The notes below the pieces were generated by a model. The model did not search any database and was not told where the DNA came from. It saw only the letters and a program-made list of their open reading frames with translations. Of a DNA stretch of 31,802 nt, positions 17,331 through 25,674 are shown piece by piece (position 1 is the first letter of the stretch; each line of letters opens with the position of its first letter). The position numbers and the translations under genes are program-made. This DNA is from a virus (Duplodnaviria > Caudoviricetes), in IMG/VR virus record IMGVR_UViG_3300033067_000662, positions 1 to 31,802 of that record; one strand, given 5' to 3'.

Positions 17331-20300
17331 TCAGCTTTCCGGCAGAATAGCAGAATTGGGCCGACGTTCCAGAACAACTGCAAAATTCATTCGTGTGATG
17401 ATCGAAGGCTTGTTCTTCTGTTCCAGGACTTCAGCAGCGTTGATCTCGATGTTGTACGAGATCGCGTTCTTGCTGTCTTCACCAGAGGCGCGGCGCTGGG
17501 ACTTGATCACGTTCCCAGAGGTTTCGCCGATCAGGGAGATCGAACCAGTGGAGACAACCTTTACCGGAAGGCGACCAGTCGTTGCGCCCGTGATCGACAG
17601 GGAGCCAGAGAGGTCGCCTTCAACCTGGATGGCCCCTGCGGCCGCGCCGCCGAAGGTCATGCTCCCGGAGGTGCTGGCAACGATCTTCAACTGTCCGGTA
17701 GCTTCAGCGACAAAGTCGAGCGACGAACTGGCGGCACCACTGGCCTTGGCAGTGGCTACCGCACCACCATTCAGATCGAGGGCAGCGACGGCAACGCCGA
17801 CGATGTTGACGTCACCATCCGCGGTCGCCGGGAGACCCAGTTCGCCCGAGGCCTGACCAGTGTTCTTCACCGTGCCAGTGACCGCGCCGGTGAACGCGAG
17901 GATCGACTGGGCCTGGCCGGAAGTTGCGACAAAGCCCTCGGCCGAGCCATCCAGCGTGATCGAACCAGTGGTGGTCCCGGTGGCCTTTGCGGTCGCGGAG
18001 CTCGAGCCGGTGAGGTCAATGGTCGAGGCTGCAACGGCCGCAACAGTTACACGCGCCGCCGCGCCACCGTTCAGATCAAGCGCCGCGACCAGAGTTCCGG
18101 TGATCGGCAGATCAACATCAGCCGCACCACCCAGAGCGATCGAGCCTTCGGCCGAACCACGGATGACCTGGCTGGCCGTCGCTGCACCGGTCAGGTCGAT
18201 CGACCCGCTGGCAGACAGCTCGACCGGAACTTCACTCGAGGCAACGCCGGTCAGGTCGATCGAACCGTCGGCCGAACCCGCGATCAGGATCGTCGCTTCG
18301 GCAGCGCCGCTCAGGTCGACCGTCCCACTGGACGAGCCTGTGACTGCTGCCACACCCTCGACCGTGCCGCCCAGCACAATCGAACCTTGAGCGGAAGCCT
18401 GAACAATCAGGGTGGTGCTTGCGGAGCCAGTCAGATCCATCGACCCGCTGGCCGACAATTCGACCGGAACTTCGCTCGATGCAAACCCGATCAGGTCGAT
18501 CGTGCCTTCGGCCGATCCAGCAATCCGCACGATGCCGGTTGTATCACCGACCAGGTCAATCGCCCCACTGGACGATCCCGTGGCTGCTGCCACACCCTCG
18601 GTGATGCCGCTGAGATCAATCGAACCTTGAGCGGAAGCCTGAACAATCAGGCTGGCGATTGCGGAGCCGGTCAGGTCGATAAAGCCGGTTGCGTTCAACA
18701 GGACCGGAACTTCGCTCGAGGCAACGCCGGTCAGGTCGATCGAGCCCTCAGCCGAGCCTGCGATAAGCACCGTCGCTTCGGCAGCGCCGGTCAGTTCGAT
18801 CGTGGACGATGCTTCGGCGGTCGGGATGCTGGAGCTTGCAGCATGACCCGTCAGATCAAGGGTCGATTCCGCCTGCGCGGTGATCGGAACGTAGCCGACC
18901 GCGCCGCCGTTCAGGTCGAGCGCAGCGACCGCCGTGCCGATGACATTGATGTCCCCATCAGCAGTCGCCGGGAGCCCGAGTTCTCCAGAGGCAGCACCAC
19001 TGATCAGCACCTTCGCTTCGGTAGCGCCGGTGAGGTCGAGAGTCGTGGATGCCGACCCGAAGAGAACACTGTCCTGGACCGTACCTTCGGCCGCGCCGGT
19101 CAGGTCCAGAGATCCAGAGACTTCGCCAGAGGTGGTGACCAGGGTTTGGACGACGCCTTGCGACGAACCGGTGATATCGAAGTCGCCCGTGCCAGCCCCG
19201 TTGGTGACCAGGGTCATCGGGTAGCGAAGGATGACGATACCATCGCCGCCTTTGCCAGACTGGTAGTTGACACCGGCTACGCCAACACCACCAGAACCAC
19301 CACCCGAGTTAGGCGCAGCGGCCAGAGAGTTCGCTCCGTAGGCACCACGCGAACCGCCACCGGGACCATACCCATTGTTCGCTAGAGTTGCACCCCCGCC
19401 GCCACCACCACCGCCAAAGGGGATGGGAAGATCGTAGATGGCATAGGTCGCCGGAATGCCACCCGTGCCACCCGTTCCAGTAGTGCCAGTGGTCCCATTG
19501 CCACCAGCACCACCAGAACCACCACCGCCACCACCAAAACCTGAAGTGCCGTTACCGCTGCCGCCGCTATTACCCTGTCCTGAAGTTCCGGCAGCGCCAG
19601 CGTTGGTCGTTGCGCCACCGCCACCGCCACCGCCCGAACCACCAGTTGTAGCGGCAAGGTTGTTTGCGCCGCCGCCGCCGCCACGGACTGCCGTCAGGCC
19701 GTTGAAGGTGGTGCTGGTGCCTACGTTGCCGACAGCAGTGGCGGTGCCAGTTGTCGCTGCGCCGCCGACACCGATGACGATTGGATAAGACCCTGCGGGA
19801 AGGGTGATCGGGCTGGCGACGTTGTTGAGGACGCCCCCCGCACCGCCGCCGCCGCCATTGCCTGGGTTGATGCTTCGGCCACCAGACCCACCCCCACCGA
19901 CAAGGATGTATTCCAGGCCGGAAATGTCGCTTGCGGGGCTGAACGTGCCGTCGCTGACAAAGATATGGTAGCGGTAGGTGGTGCCGCCGATCGTTTCATC
20001 AAAGGTCGTGTTGACCGAAGGGACGAAGCTGGCCGGATAGCGGACCATGACGACGCCATCGCCGCCCTTGCCCGTCGAAGCTGTGGTGGAGAACGTCGCC
20101 CCCGAACCGCCGCCGAGGCCGTTGGTGCCTTGCGTGGAACTGTTAGAGCCTGCCGTGCCGCCCCCGGTGCCACCCGTGCCATAGCTGAGAGTGCCCGAGT
20201 TACGACGAGACGCGCCCCCGCCACCCGCGTAGGTGACAAACGCTCCTGAGAACGAATAGGGCATGCCATTCGCGCCGTTGAGCGTGGTCGGAGCAGCCGA

Positions 20301-20825
20301 TGCACCGCCGCCACCGCCGCCGACCTGCGTTGTCGAGCTGGTGTAGGTTCCGGCTGCGCCCGCAAAGCCCTGTCCAGATGTTCCGGTCCCAGCGACACGT
20401 GGCCCCGTGGTGCTGCTACCAGCGCCGCCACCGCCAGACCCACCGTTCTTGCCTGCGCTCCCGCCACCGCCACCGCCACCGCCACCTACAGCAGTCAAGC
20501 CGTTGAAGGTGGAGTCGCTGCCGCTGTTGCCTGCGCCGGTCGATCCAGCGCCGCCAACCCCGACTACAATGGGATAGGAACCGGCGGTCAGGCTGATGGC
20601 CGAACCGCCCGTGTTGGTCAGAAGACCGCCAGCGCCGCCACCGCCTGCCGATGCGCCCGAATTGTTGGTCCTGCCGCCCGAACCGCCGCCAGCGACTAGG
20701 AAGTACTCGACGTCAGCCCCACCTTCAGTAACCGTGAGGGTATCATCAGCCGTAAATCTATGGAGCCGCCAGAGTTTTCCGGCGTCCCACACATAGCTGA
20801 CTGTACCCCCGGTCGCCTTGGTCAT
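17331..20825 (-). CDS. 1164-aa fibre protein: two glycine-rich domains plus ~28 x 20-aa repeats
   Basis: Two domains, each running H.F.....EY.LV.GGGSGG to GKGGDG.V..RYP, then IDLTG-type repeats. Confidence 0.88.
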   Translation of the reverse strand: MTKATGGTVSYVWDAGKLWRLHRFTADDTLTVTEGGADVEYFLVAGGGSGGRTNNSGASAGGGGAGGLLTNTGGSAISLTAGSYPIVVGVGGAGSTGAGNSGSDSTFNGLTAVGGGGGGGGGSAGKNGGSGGGGAGSSTTGPRVAGTGTSGQGFAGAAGTYTSSTTQVGGGGGGASAAPTTLNGANGMPYSFSGAFVTYAGGGGASRRNSGTLSYGTGGTGGGTAGSNSSTQGTNGLGGGSGATFSTTASTGKGGDGVVMVRYPASFVPSVNTTFDETIGGTTYRYHIFVSDGTFSPASDISGLEYILVGGGGSGGRSINPGNGGGGGAGGVLNNVASPITLPAGSYPIVIGVGGAATTGTATAVGNVGTSTTFNGLTAVRGGGGGANNLAATTGGSGGGGGGGATTNAGAAGTSGQGNSGGSGNGTSGFGGGGGGSGGAGGNGTTGTTGTGGTGGIPATYAIYDLPIPFGGGGGGGGATLANNGYGPGGGSRGAYGANSLAAAPNSGGGSGGVGVAGVNYQSGKGGDGIVILRYPMTLVTNGAGTGDFDITGSSQGVVQTLVTTSGEVSGSLDLTGAAEGTVQDSVLFGSASTTLDLTGATEAKVLISGAASGELGLPATADGDINVIGTAVAALDLNGGAVGYVPITAQAESTLDLTGHAASSSIPTAEASSTIELTGAAEATVLIAGSAEGSIDLTGVASSEVPVLLNATGFIDLTGSAIASLIVQASAQGSIDLSGITEGVAAATGSSSGAIDLVGDTTGIVRIAGSAEGTIDLIGFASSEVPVELSASGSMDLTGSASTTLIVQASAQGSIVLGGTVEGVAAVTGSSSGTVDLSGAAEATILIAGSADGSIDLTGVASSEVPVELSASGSIDLTGAATASQVIRGSAEGSIALGGAADVDLPITGTLVAALDLNGGAAARVTVAAVAASTIDLTGSSSATAKATGTTTGSITLDGSAEGFVATSGQAQSILAFTGAVTGTVKNTGQASGELGLPATADGDVNIVGVAVAALDLNGGAVATAKASGAASSSLDFVAEATGQLKIVASTSGSMTFGGAAAGAIQVEGDLSGSLSITGATTGRLPVKVVSTGSISLIGETSGNVIKSQRRASGEDSKNAISYNIEINAAEVLEQKNKPSIITRMNFAVVLERRPNSAILPES
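17503..19185 (-). repeat. Degenerate 60-bp (20-aa) coding tandem repeat, ~28 units, with a 240-bp super-period
   Basis: CCGGTCAGGTCGAT-like words recur every 60 nt. ASSEVPV recurs every 80 aa (three times) and IVQASAQGS twice. Confidence 0.92.
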
Positions 20826-21025
20826 TCGATGACAACCTCATCAGGCGGCTGGAAGCCGAGGGTTTCGGTCCAGGTCCAGCCGAGCGCCGGATACTGGCTC
20901 ATGTCGAGAACCTCTACCCAGTTGCCGGGGTAGAGGTCGGGGTTCTGTTCGATGCGTTCTGCGGTGACGCGGCGCACGTCCGAAACCACGCCGTCAGTCA
21001 CCTGAGCGAAGTAACCGGTCGACAT
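20822..21025 (-). CDS. Small partner of the glycine-rich protein (67 aa)
   Basis: YFAQVTDGVV...YPALGWTW...FQPP pattern, ATGA-coupled to the 1164-aa gene. Confidence 0.78.
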   Translation of the reverse strand: MSTGYFAQVTDGVVSDVRRVTAERIEQNPDLYPGNWVEVLDMSQYPALGWTWTETLGFQPPDEVVIE

Positions 21026-21035
21026 GGTTCAGGAC

Positions 21036-21437
21036 TCACGCGCCGCCAGCGGAGATCGTGAACGAGGTGATGACCACCTGTTGGCCCGAGGCGATCGAGG
21101 TATTGTCGAGGGTCATGTCGCCGCCCCCGCCGGTCGCGGTGATCGAGCCCTGGATGTGGGTCGTGCCAGCACCCTTGATGCGGAAGTGACCAGCGGTCCC
21201 AGCGGCATCTGCCGACAGATCCTGCCAGGTGCCCGACAGCGACTTCGAGCCACCAGAGGCCGCAGCCAGCCAGTCGGACGGCAGGACGAGGGTCGCCAGA
21301 ACGGTGCCCGAGTCGGCCGCAGCAGCGTTGGCCGGAACCGAGCCCGAGCGGATCTCGAGGGTGGGAGCAGTCCCGATGGTCGTCTCGATTGCGTCGAGAG
21401 CGGCGTTGCGGGAAGCGGTAGAGAACTGGAATGCCAT
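21036..21437 (-). CDS. Small beta-rich virion structural protein, candidate filament subunit (133 aa)
   Basis: RNAALDAI...LEIRSGSVP...GTAGHFRI...GDMTLDNTSIASGQQVVITSFTI. Strong TAAGGA RBS suggests high expression. Confidence 0.75.
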   Translation of the reverse strand: MAFQFSTASRNAALDAIETTIGTAPTLEIRSGSVPANAAAADSGTVLATLVLPSDWLAAASGGSKSLSGTWQDLSADAAGTAGHFRIKGAGTTHIQGSITATGGGGDMTLDNTSIASGQQVVITSFTISAGGA

Positions 21438-21448
21438 GAGGGTTGTCC

Positions 21449-22915
21449 TTACTTCACGGAGTTGCTTTTGGCGGCTTCGCTGCCCTGGGGTGCGAGAGAC
21501 CGGCCGAGAGGGTCAGAGTTGGGGGAGACGTCCTGCGCGTTACCTACATCCGCTGCGCTGCCATCATTGAAGCCAGAAGCAGACAGTTCGGGAGCGTCGT
21601 CGGGCCGAATGCGACCGTACATTTCCAGATGATATTCATCATCAGTGATGATTCCCAAAGAGAGGTCAGACTTCAGCCGAGATGAACGGATCATCAGCTG
21701 CGGTTCGAGTTCGAGGGCGGGGCGCAGTTCAACAGGCTTGAAGCGGCAAGTGACGTGCGACTGCTCGTGACCGTGCAGGCGGATCAGCATGGTCATCATC
21801 TGAGACCAGACTTCAGCCAGCGGCTCATTGATTTCCTCGGCATTCATCGAGAAGATCCGAGCTTCGACCGACGCCGTGTTCACACCGCTCTCACCCCGGC
21901 CGAGGACCGTCGCCACGCTGCGCAGCGCGGCCTGGTTCTGGGCATTCAGGGTGCTGATGATCGAGTCGATGTTCATCGCATTCGCGGGCTTCGAATCGTT
22001 CAGCATCTTCGTCTCGACCGAGTCGGTGTGGACGAAGGCTTGATCAGGCCGCAGATTGACCACCGTGCTGCGGATCAGGCCGATCTGGGTGTTGATGTAC
22101 TGGGCCAGCTTTTCGGCATCCTGCTTCACCGAAGCGGGAGCGTTCTTGCGGATCACTTCCTCAAGCACAGTGATCTCGAGCCGGGGGTAGCCGGTCAGCT
22201 GCATGATCCGATAGAGGTCGTTGATCACTTGCTGGCGGGCGGCGACCGTGTTGATGGCCGAGACGAAGGGCGAGAAGGTGTAGATCGAGGTCGGGTCGCG
22301 CCGGTAGAACGACACGAAGAAGGTCGGGATGTTCAGGTCGATGTAATCCGACGAGTTCGCCGGTTTCTGGCGCGGCGTGAAATTGCTCGGGGTCTTTTCG
22401 AACCATTCAACGCTGGCCATGTCGACATGGCGGATCTCGGTCGGCATCATTGCCTTGTCGACGACGAGTTCCTCGCCCAAAGCCCCGCGCAGCAGGACCA
22501 TGTAGCGCATGTTCTCGCAGATCTGACGGACGTTCGGACGCCAGTCGAACCCCTTCGAGTAATCGAAGCGGGTGGTCAGAGCCAACAGCAGCGAGTTCAG
22601 CGTCTTCTGGGCCTCGCGGTCGATCAGCCCGTTCACATCCCTCGCGACGAAGACCGGATCGGTGTTCGCCACGGTCAGGAAGGCGTTCACCGCCGCCGAC
22701 ACATCGGGGTCATGGACGAACAGCGACTTCATCAGCACTCGACTGTCGTCGGTCGAGCGCGACGTGAAGACGTCGGTCAGGTGATCCCGATACGCCGGGA
22801 GCGAGAGCGTGTTCTCGGTCGAGGTCGGGTTGTACGTATTCGTGAAAGCAATACCGGCGGGATTGCTCCGCTTCGGTAGAAGTACCTTCAGAACTGAAGC
22901 GAAGTTGGTCGCCAT
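21449..22915 (-). CDS. Portal protein
   Basis: 488 aa directly after the large terminase with TGATG coupling. Size and position are typical. Confidence 0.88.
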   Translation of the reverse strand: MATNFASVLKVLLPKRSNPAGIAFTNTYNPTSTENTLSLPAYRDHLTDVFTSRSTDDSRVLMKSLFVHDPDVSAAVNAFLTVANTDPVFVARDVNGLIDREAQKTLNSLLLALTTRFDYSKGFDWRPNVRQICENMRYMVLLRGALGEELVVDKAMMPTEIRHVDMASVEWFEKTPSNFTPRQKPANSSDYIDLNIPTFFVSFYRRDPTSIYTFSPFVSAINTVAARQQVINDLYRIMQLTGYPRLEITVLEEVIRKNAPASVKQDAEKLAQYINTQIGLIRSTVVNLRPDQAFVHTDSVETKMLNDSKPANAMNIDSIISTLNAQNQAALRSVATVLGRGESGVNTASVEARIFSMNAEEINEPLAEVWSQMMTMLIRLHGHEQSHVTCRFKPVELRPALELEPQLMIRSSRLKSDLSLGIITDDEYHLEMYGRIRPDDAPELSASGFNDGSAADVGNAQDVSPNSDPLGRSLAPQGSEAAKSNSVK

Positions 22916-24660
22916 CAAAAGATCCCGCGGTTGGCCTTCCTGTTTATAGCAAAGAGGCCACTGTCAAGACCAGATATATTTGCGGCTTCTACATAAAGAG
23001 TGCTTCGCGGGTCTGAATTCTTGCCTTGTTCGTACTCTTTCAGCTTCAAACCGGCGACCAAGAAGGCCAGGGAGTGGAAATAGTGGTCGTTCCCAGTGAG
23101 CTTGACCCATGAGGCAGGCTTCTCCGGGTTCTCGTCCCGGACCATGTCCTTCAGGTGTTCGGTGATCGTGGTCTTCTGCTGCCCGTAGCCCGAGAAGCGG
23201 AACCGGTGCTGGCGAACCAGACGGGCGACCTCATCGAGCAGAGAGGTGCGGTTCGCCTGTGCGTACTTGATGATCTCCAGATCAAGTTCATCCCTTATGA
23301 GGTTGAACTCCTTTTGCCCCCGATACTCGACCGGCAGGATACGGCCCTGGCTGATGGTCCAGAGCGCCTCGGCGGTTGGGGTGTAAGGATGGCGGTCGAC
23401 CCCGCCGCCGATCACGTTGTAGGTGCCCAGCAGTTCCTGGACCACGTTCAGCAGATCATCGACCGGGACGGTGCGGAACTCGACGATGTGCAGCGTCTCG
23501 ACCGAGTCCCCCTGCCCGACCGTCAGGTGGCATGTCTGACCCATGTCGATCCCGATCCATGTTGGATCATTGCGTTCGACCAAGGGGGTCATCGACCGAG
23601 CGGTGAAGCACAGGTTGATGTCGGTATCGGACAGGCGGGCGTTGCCGCCGGTGAAGGCCTCGCCCAGCACGGTGTTGTACCAGCCGCGCATGTAGTCGCG
23701 GGCCCGATACTTCAGCAGTTGCGCGATGATATAATCAGGTCCAAGGCGGTCGGTAGAAAACGGACGGACTCGGTAACCTCGAGCATGAGTTCGTGAAGGG
23801 TACTGGGCCACCCATTCTCGATTCTCCTCGCGGCCAAGGTCGAGTGGTGCGCGGCATCGTTCGCAGACGACTTGGGCGTTGACCAGATCGAGGCGACCGG
23901 TGTCGATGAGCGTCTCGTCGATCTCAGCAAGATGCTCCAGGTCATCGGGGAGCCCAGGTATATCAACGAATGCACGGGAGAAGAGGGGGATTTGCCAGTG
24001 GTTGCAGGCGTCACAGCGGCACATGTACTCCTGTTGATCGGAGACCATGTAGCCCTGGTCCACGCCGAAGTTGTTGAACGTCGGGGTCGAGAAGCGTTGG
24101 TTGATCTTCCAGTCGGAGTTCTGCAGGCGTGAGTTGAACAGGGCCAGCATCTGCTGGTCCGATAGGTCCACTTCGTCGTTCATCACCACGTCGGCCGAGA
24201 TCGAGGTCGCATCGCCCTCGGTCATGCCAGTGACGTACATGAAGCTCGAGCCGACCTGGATCAGACCACGGCTGCGCGTCGGCTTCTCGCCAGAGCGGGT
24301 CTCCAGATTGAAGACCTTCTCTTCCTTGACGATCGGCAGGATGCGCGTCGTCGACATCCGCTCGAACATCTTCTCGTTCGGCATCGTGAAGATCAGGGTC
24401 GTGCCACGGTTCCGCGCGATGAAGCCGAGGGCCTTGCGGACCTGGATCTCAGACAGACCGACCTGGGACGGCTTGATGACGTCCATGTTCGGGTGGAGGT
24501 CGTCGGCGATCGCCCGCTGGAAGGGGTATCGCTTGAACGAGAAGGGGCGACCACGCAGCTGCGTGTTCTGGCACAACCACTCGCCCATGCTCATCTCGAC
24601 AGAATCGACCGAGTACCGGTTCTGCAGTCGACCGAGAAGCTCTTTCAGGTGCTCATTCAT
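22915..24660 (-). CDS. terL: Terminase large subunit, GpA-like
   Basis: RYPFQ, Walker A KPSQVGLSE, Walker B VVMNDEVD, FSTPT coupling motif, CDAC/CERC zinc pairs, nuclease IGIDMG and NDHYFHS. Confidence 0.94.
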   Translation of the reverse strand: MNEHLKELLGRLQNRYSVDSVEMSMGEWLCQNTQLRGRPFSFKRYPFQRAIADDLHPNMDVIKPSQVGLSEIQVRKALGFIARNRGTTLIFTMPNEKMFERMSTTRILPIVKEEKVFNLETRSGEKPTRSRGLIQVGSSFMYVTGMTEGDATSISADVVMNDEVDLSDQQMLALFNSRLQNSDWKINQRFSTPTFNNFGVDQGYMVSDQQEYMCRCDACNHWQIPLFSRAFVDIPGLPDDLEHLAEIDETLIDTGRLDLVNAQVVCERCRAPLDLGREENREWVAQYPSRTHARGYRVRPFSTDRLGPDYIIAQLLKYRARDYMRGWYNTVLGEAFTGGNARLSDTDINLCFTARSMTPLVERNDPTWIGIDMGQTCHLTVGQGDSVETLHIVEFRTVPVDDLLNVVQELLGTYNVIGGGVDRHPYTPTAEALWTISQGRILPVEYRGQKEFNLIRDELDLEIIKYAQANRTSLLDEVARLVRQHRFRFSGYGQQKTTITEHLKDMVRDENPEKPASWVKLTGNDHYFHSLAFLVAGLKLKEYEQGKNSDPRSTLYVEAANISGLDSGLFAINRKANRGIF

Positions 24661-24937
24661 CGTAGACCGAGTCGAGAACCTGGAGCTTGGTCATCTCGAG
24701 AATGCCCGCGACGGTGAAGTGGTCGTAATCCCCCAGCCCGAGGAGGTGGGTGCGCCACTGGCCGACCTCGTCCGACAGTTCGGCGATCATCAACGCTGAA
24801 GTCTCGCCGAATTCGACGCGGAGCTTGATGTCGTCGAGCGTTTTCAGGACCGAGTCCTTCCAAGCGCGGTCATCCTCGTCCTCGGCCTGCTTTTTCAGCA
24901 CCTTGAACTGGTCCATCGAGACAATTTTGTCGTTCAC
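24653..24937 (-). CDS. Hypothetical acidic protein (94 aa) upstream of terL
   Basis: GTG 24937 with a GGAG RBS. 8-nt overlap with terL. Confidence 0.7.
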   Translation of the reverse strand: MNDKIVSMDQFKVLKKQAEDEDDRAWKDSVLKTLDDIKLRVEFGETSALMIAELSDEVGQWRTHLLGLGDYDHFTVAGILEMTKLQVLDSVYDE

Positions 24938-25224
24938 GCAGGCTCTCCGGGGTTCGGAACAGTGATTCTCACGCACATGACGCTGATTTCCGGGTCGATT
25001 TTCTCGATCTGGACGCAACTTTTGACCTGTCTGATCTCAAGATCAACGGTCCCATCAGCATTCCAGAGGAAGAAAATCAGGGCATAAATCGTCATGAGCG
25101 CAGATTAAACCAGTGGTGAACAGTGGTTCAAGTAGTATTAGCTATAGTATAACGCTACTTTTTTCTTGTGTTCGGTCTTGGGAAACGCCTAATTATGCCG
25201 GTATTCGGCAGAAATGAGGACGAA

Positions 25225-25674
25225 ATGGCGATTTTTCCCGACCTGAACGACGAACTGGGGCTTGCTTTGCAGCTTCTGGAGCAAGATCCGGGGCTCCTGA
25301 ACGACCCGGAGTGTCCCTATTCGGCCGATACCAGGGTGGTTTTGGCGGGGCTGCAGGGTGGCAAGGCCGAGGTCGCAGAGACCCCACGCGACAAGTGGGA
25401 GAAGCTCGAGCGCGAGACCGGACGGCTCTATGACGAGCTGAAGGACTCCAAGGACAACCTGTCGATCGAAGATCACGCCGAGCGGATGTCGTATTTCCGC
25501 ACCGCGACGTCGCTTTTGGACAAGTTGGTGGGTCTTCAGGAACGCGCGGTCGGGCTCAAGGCCATCGGGACGTTCCACCAGACCGTCCTCGACATCATGG
25601 AAGACATCCTCGACCCCGGCCAGCGCACCGATGTGATGCAGCGGCTCGAGAAGGTCGTGAAGGGAGAGATCTGA
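25225..25674 (+). CDS. Helical protein, possible terminase small subunit (149 aa)
   Basis: GAGGA RBS before ATG 25225. Helical C-terminal half (ATSLLDKLVGLQER...FHQTVLDIMEDILDP). TGATG-coupled to the primase. The function is a guess. Confidence 0.5.
   Translation: MAIFPDLNDELGLALQLLEQDPGLLNDPECPYSADTRVVLAGLQGGKAEVAETPRDKWEKLERETGRLYDELKDSKDNLSIEDHAERMSYFRTATSLLDKLVGLQERAVGLKAIGTFHQTVLDIMEDILDPGQRTDVMQRLEKVVKGEI

Noticed and set aside
17503-19185. Diversity-generating retroelement TR/VR pair
   Set aside because: Differences between repeats are not adenine-specific and there is no reverse transcriptase in the window.
16929-19385. 818-aa plus-strand repetitive ORF
   Set aside because: Its repeats simply mirror the minus-strand 20-aa repeats.
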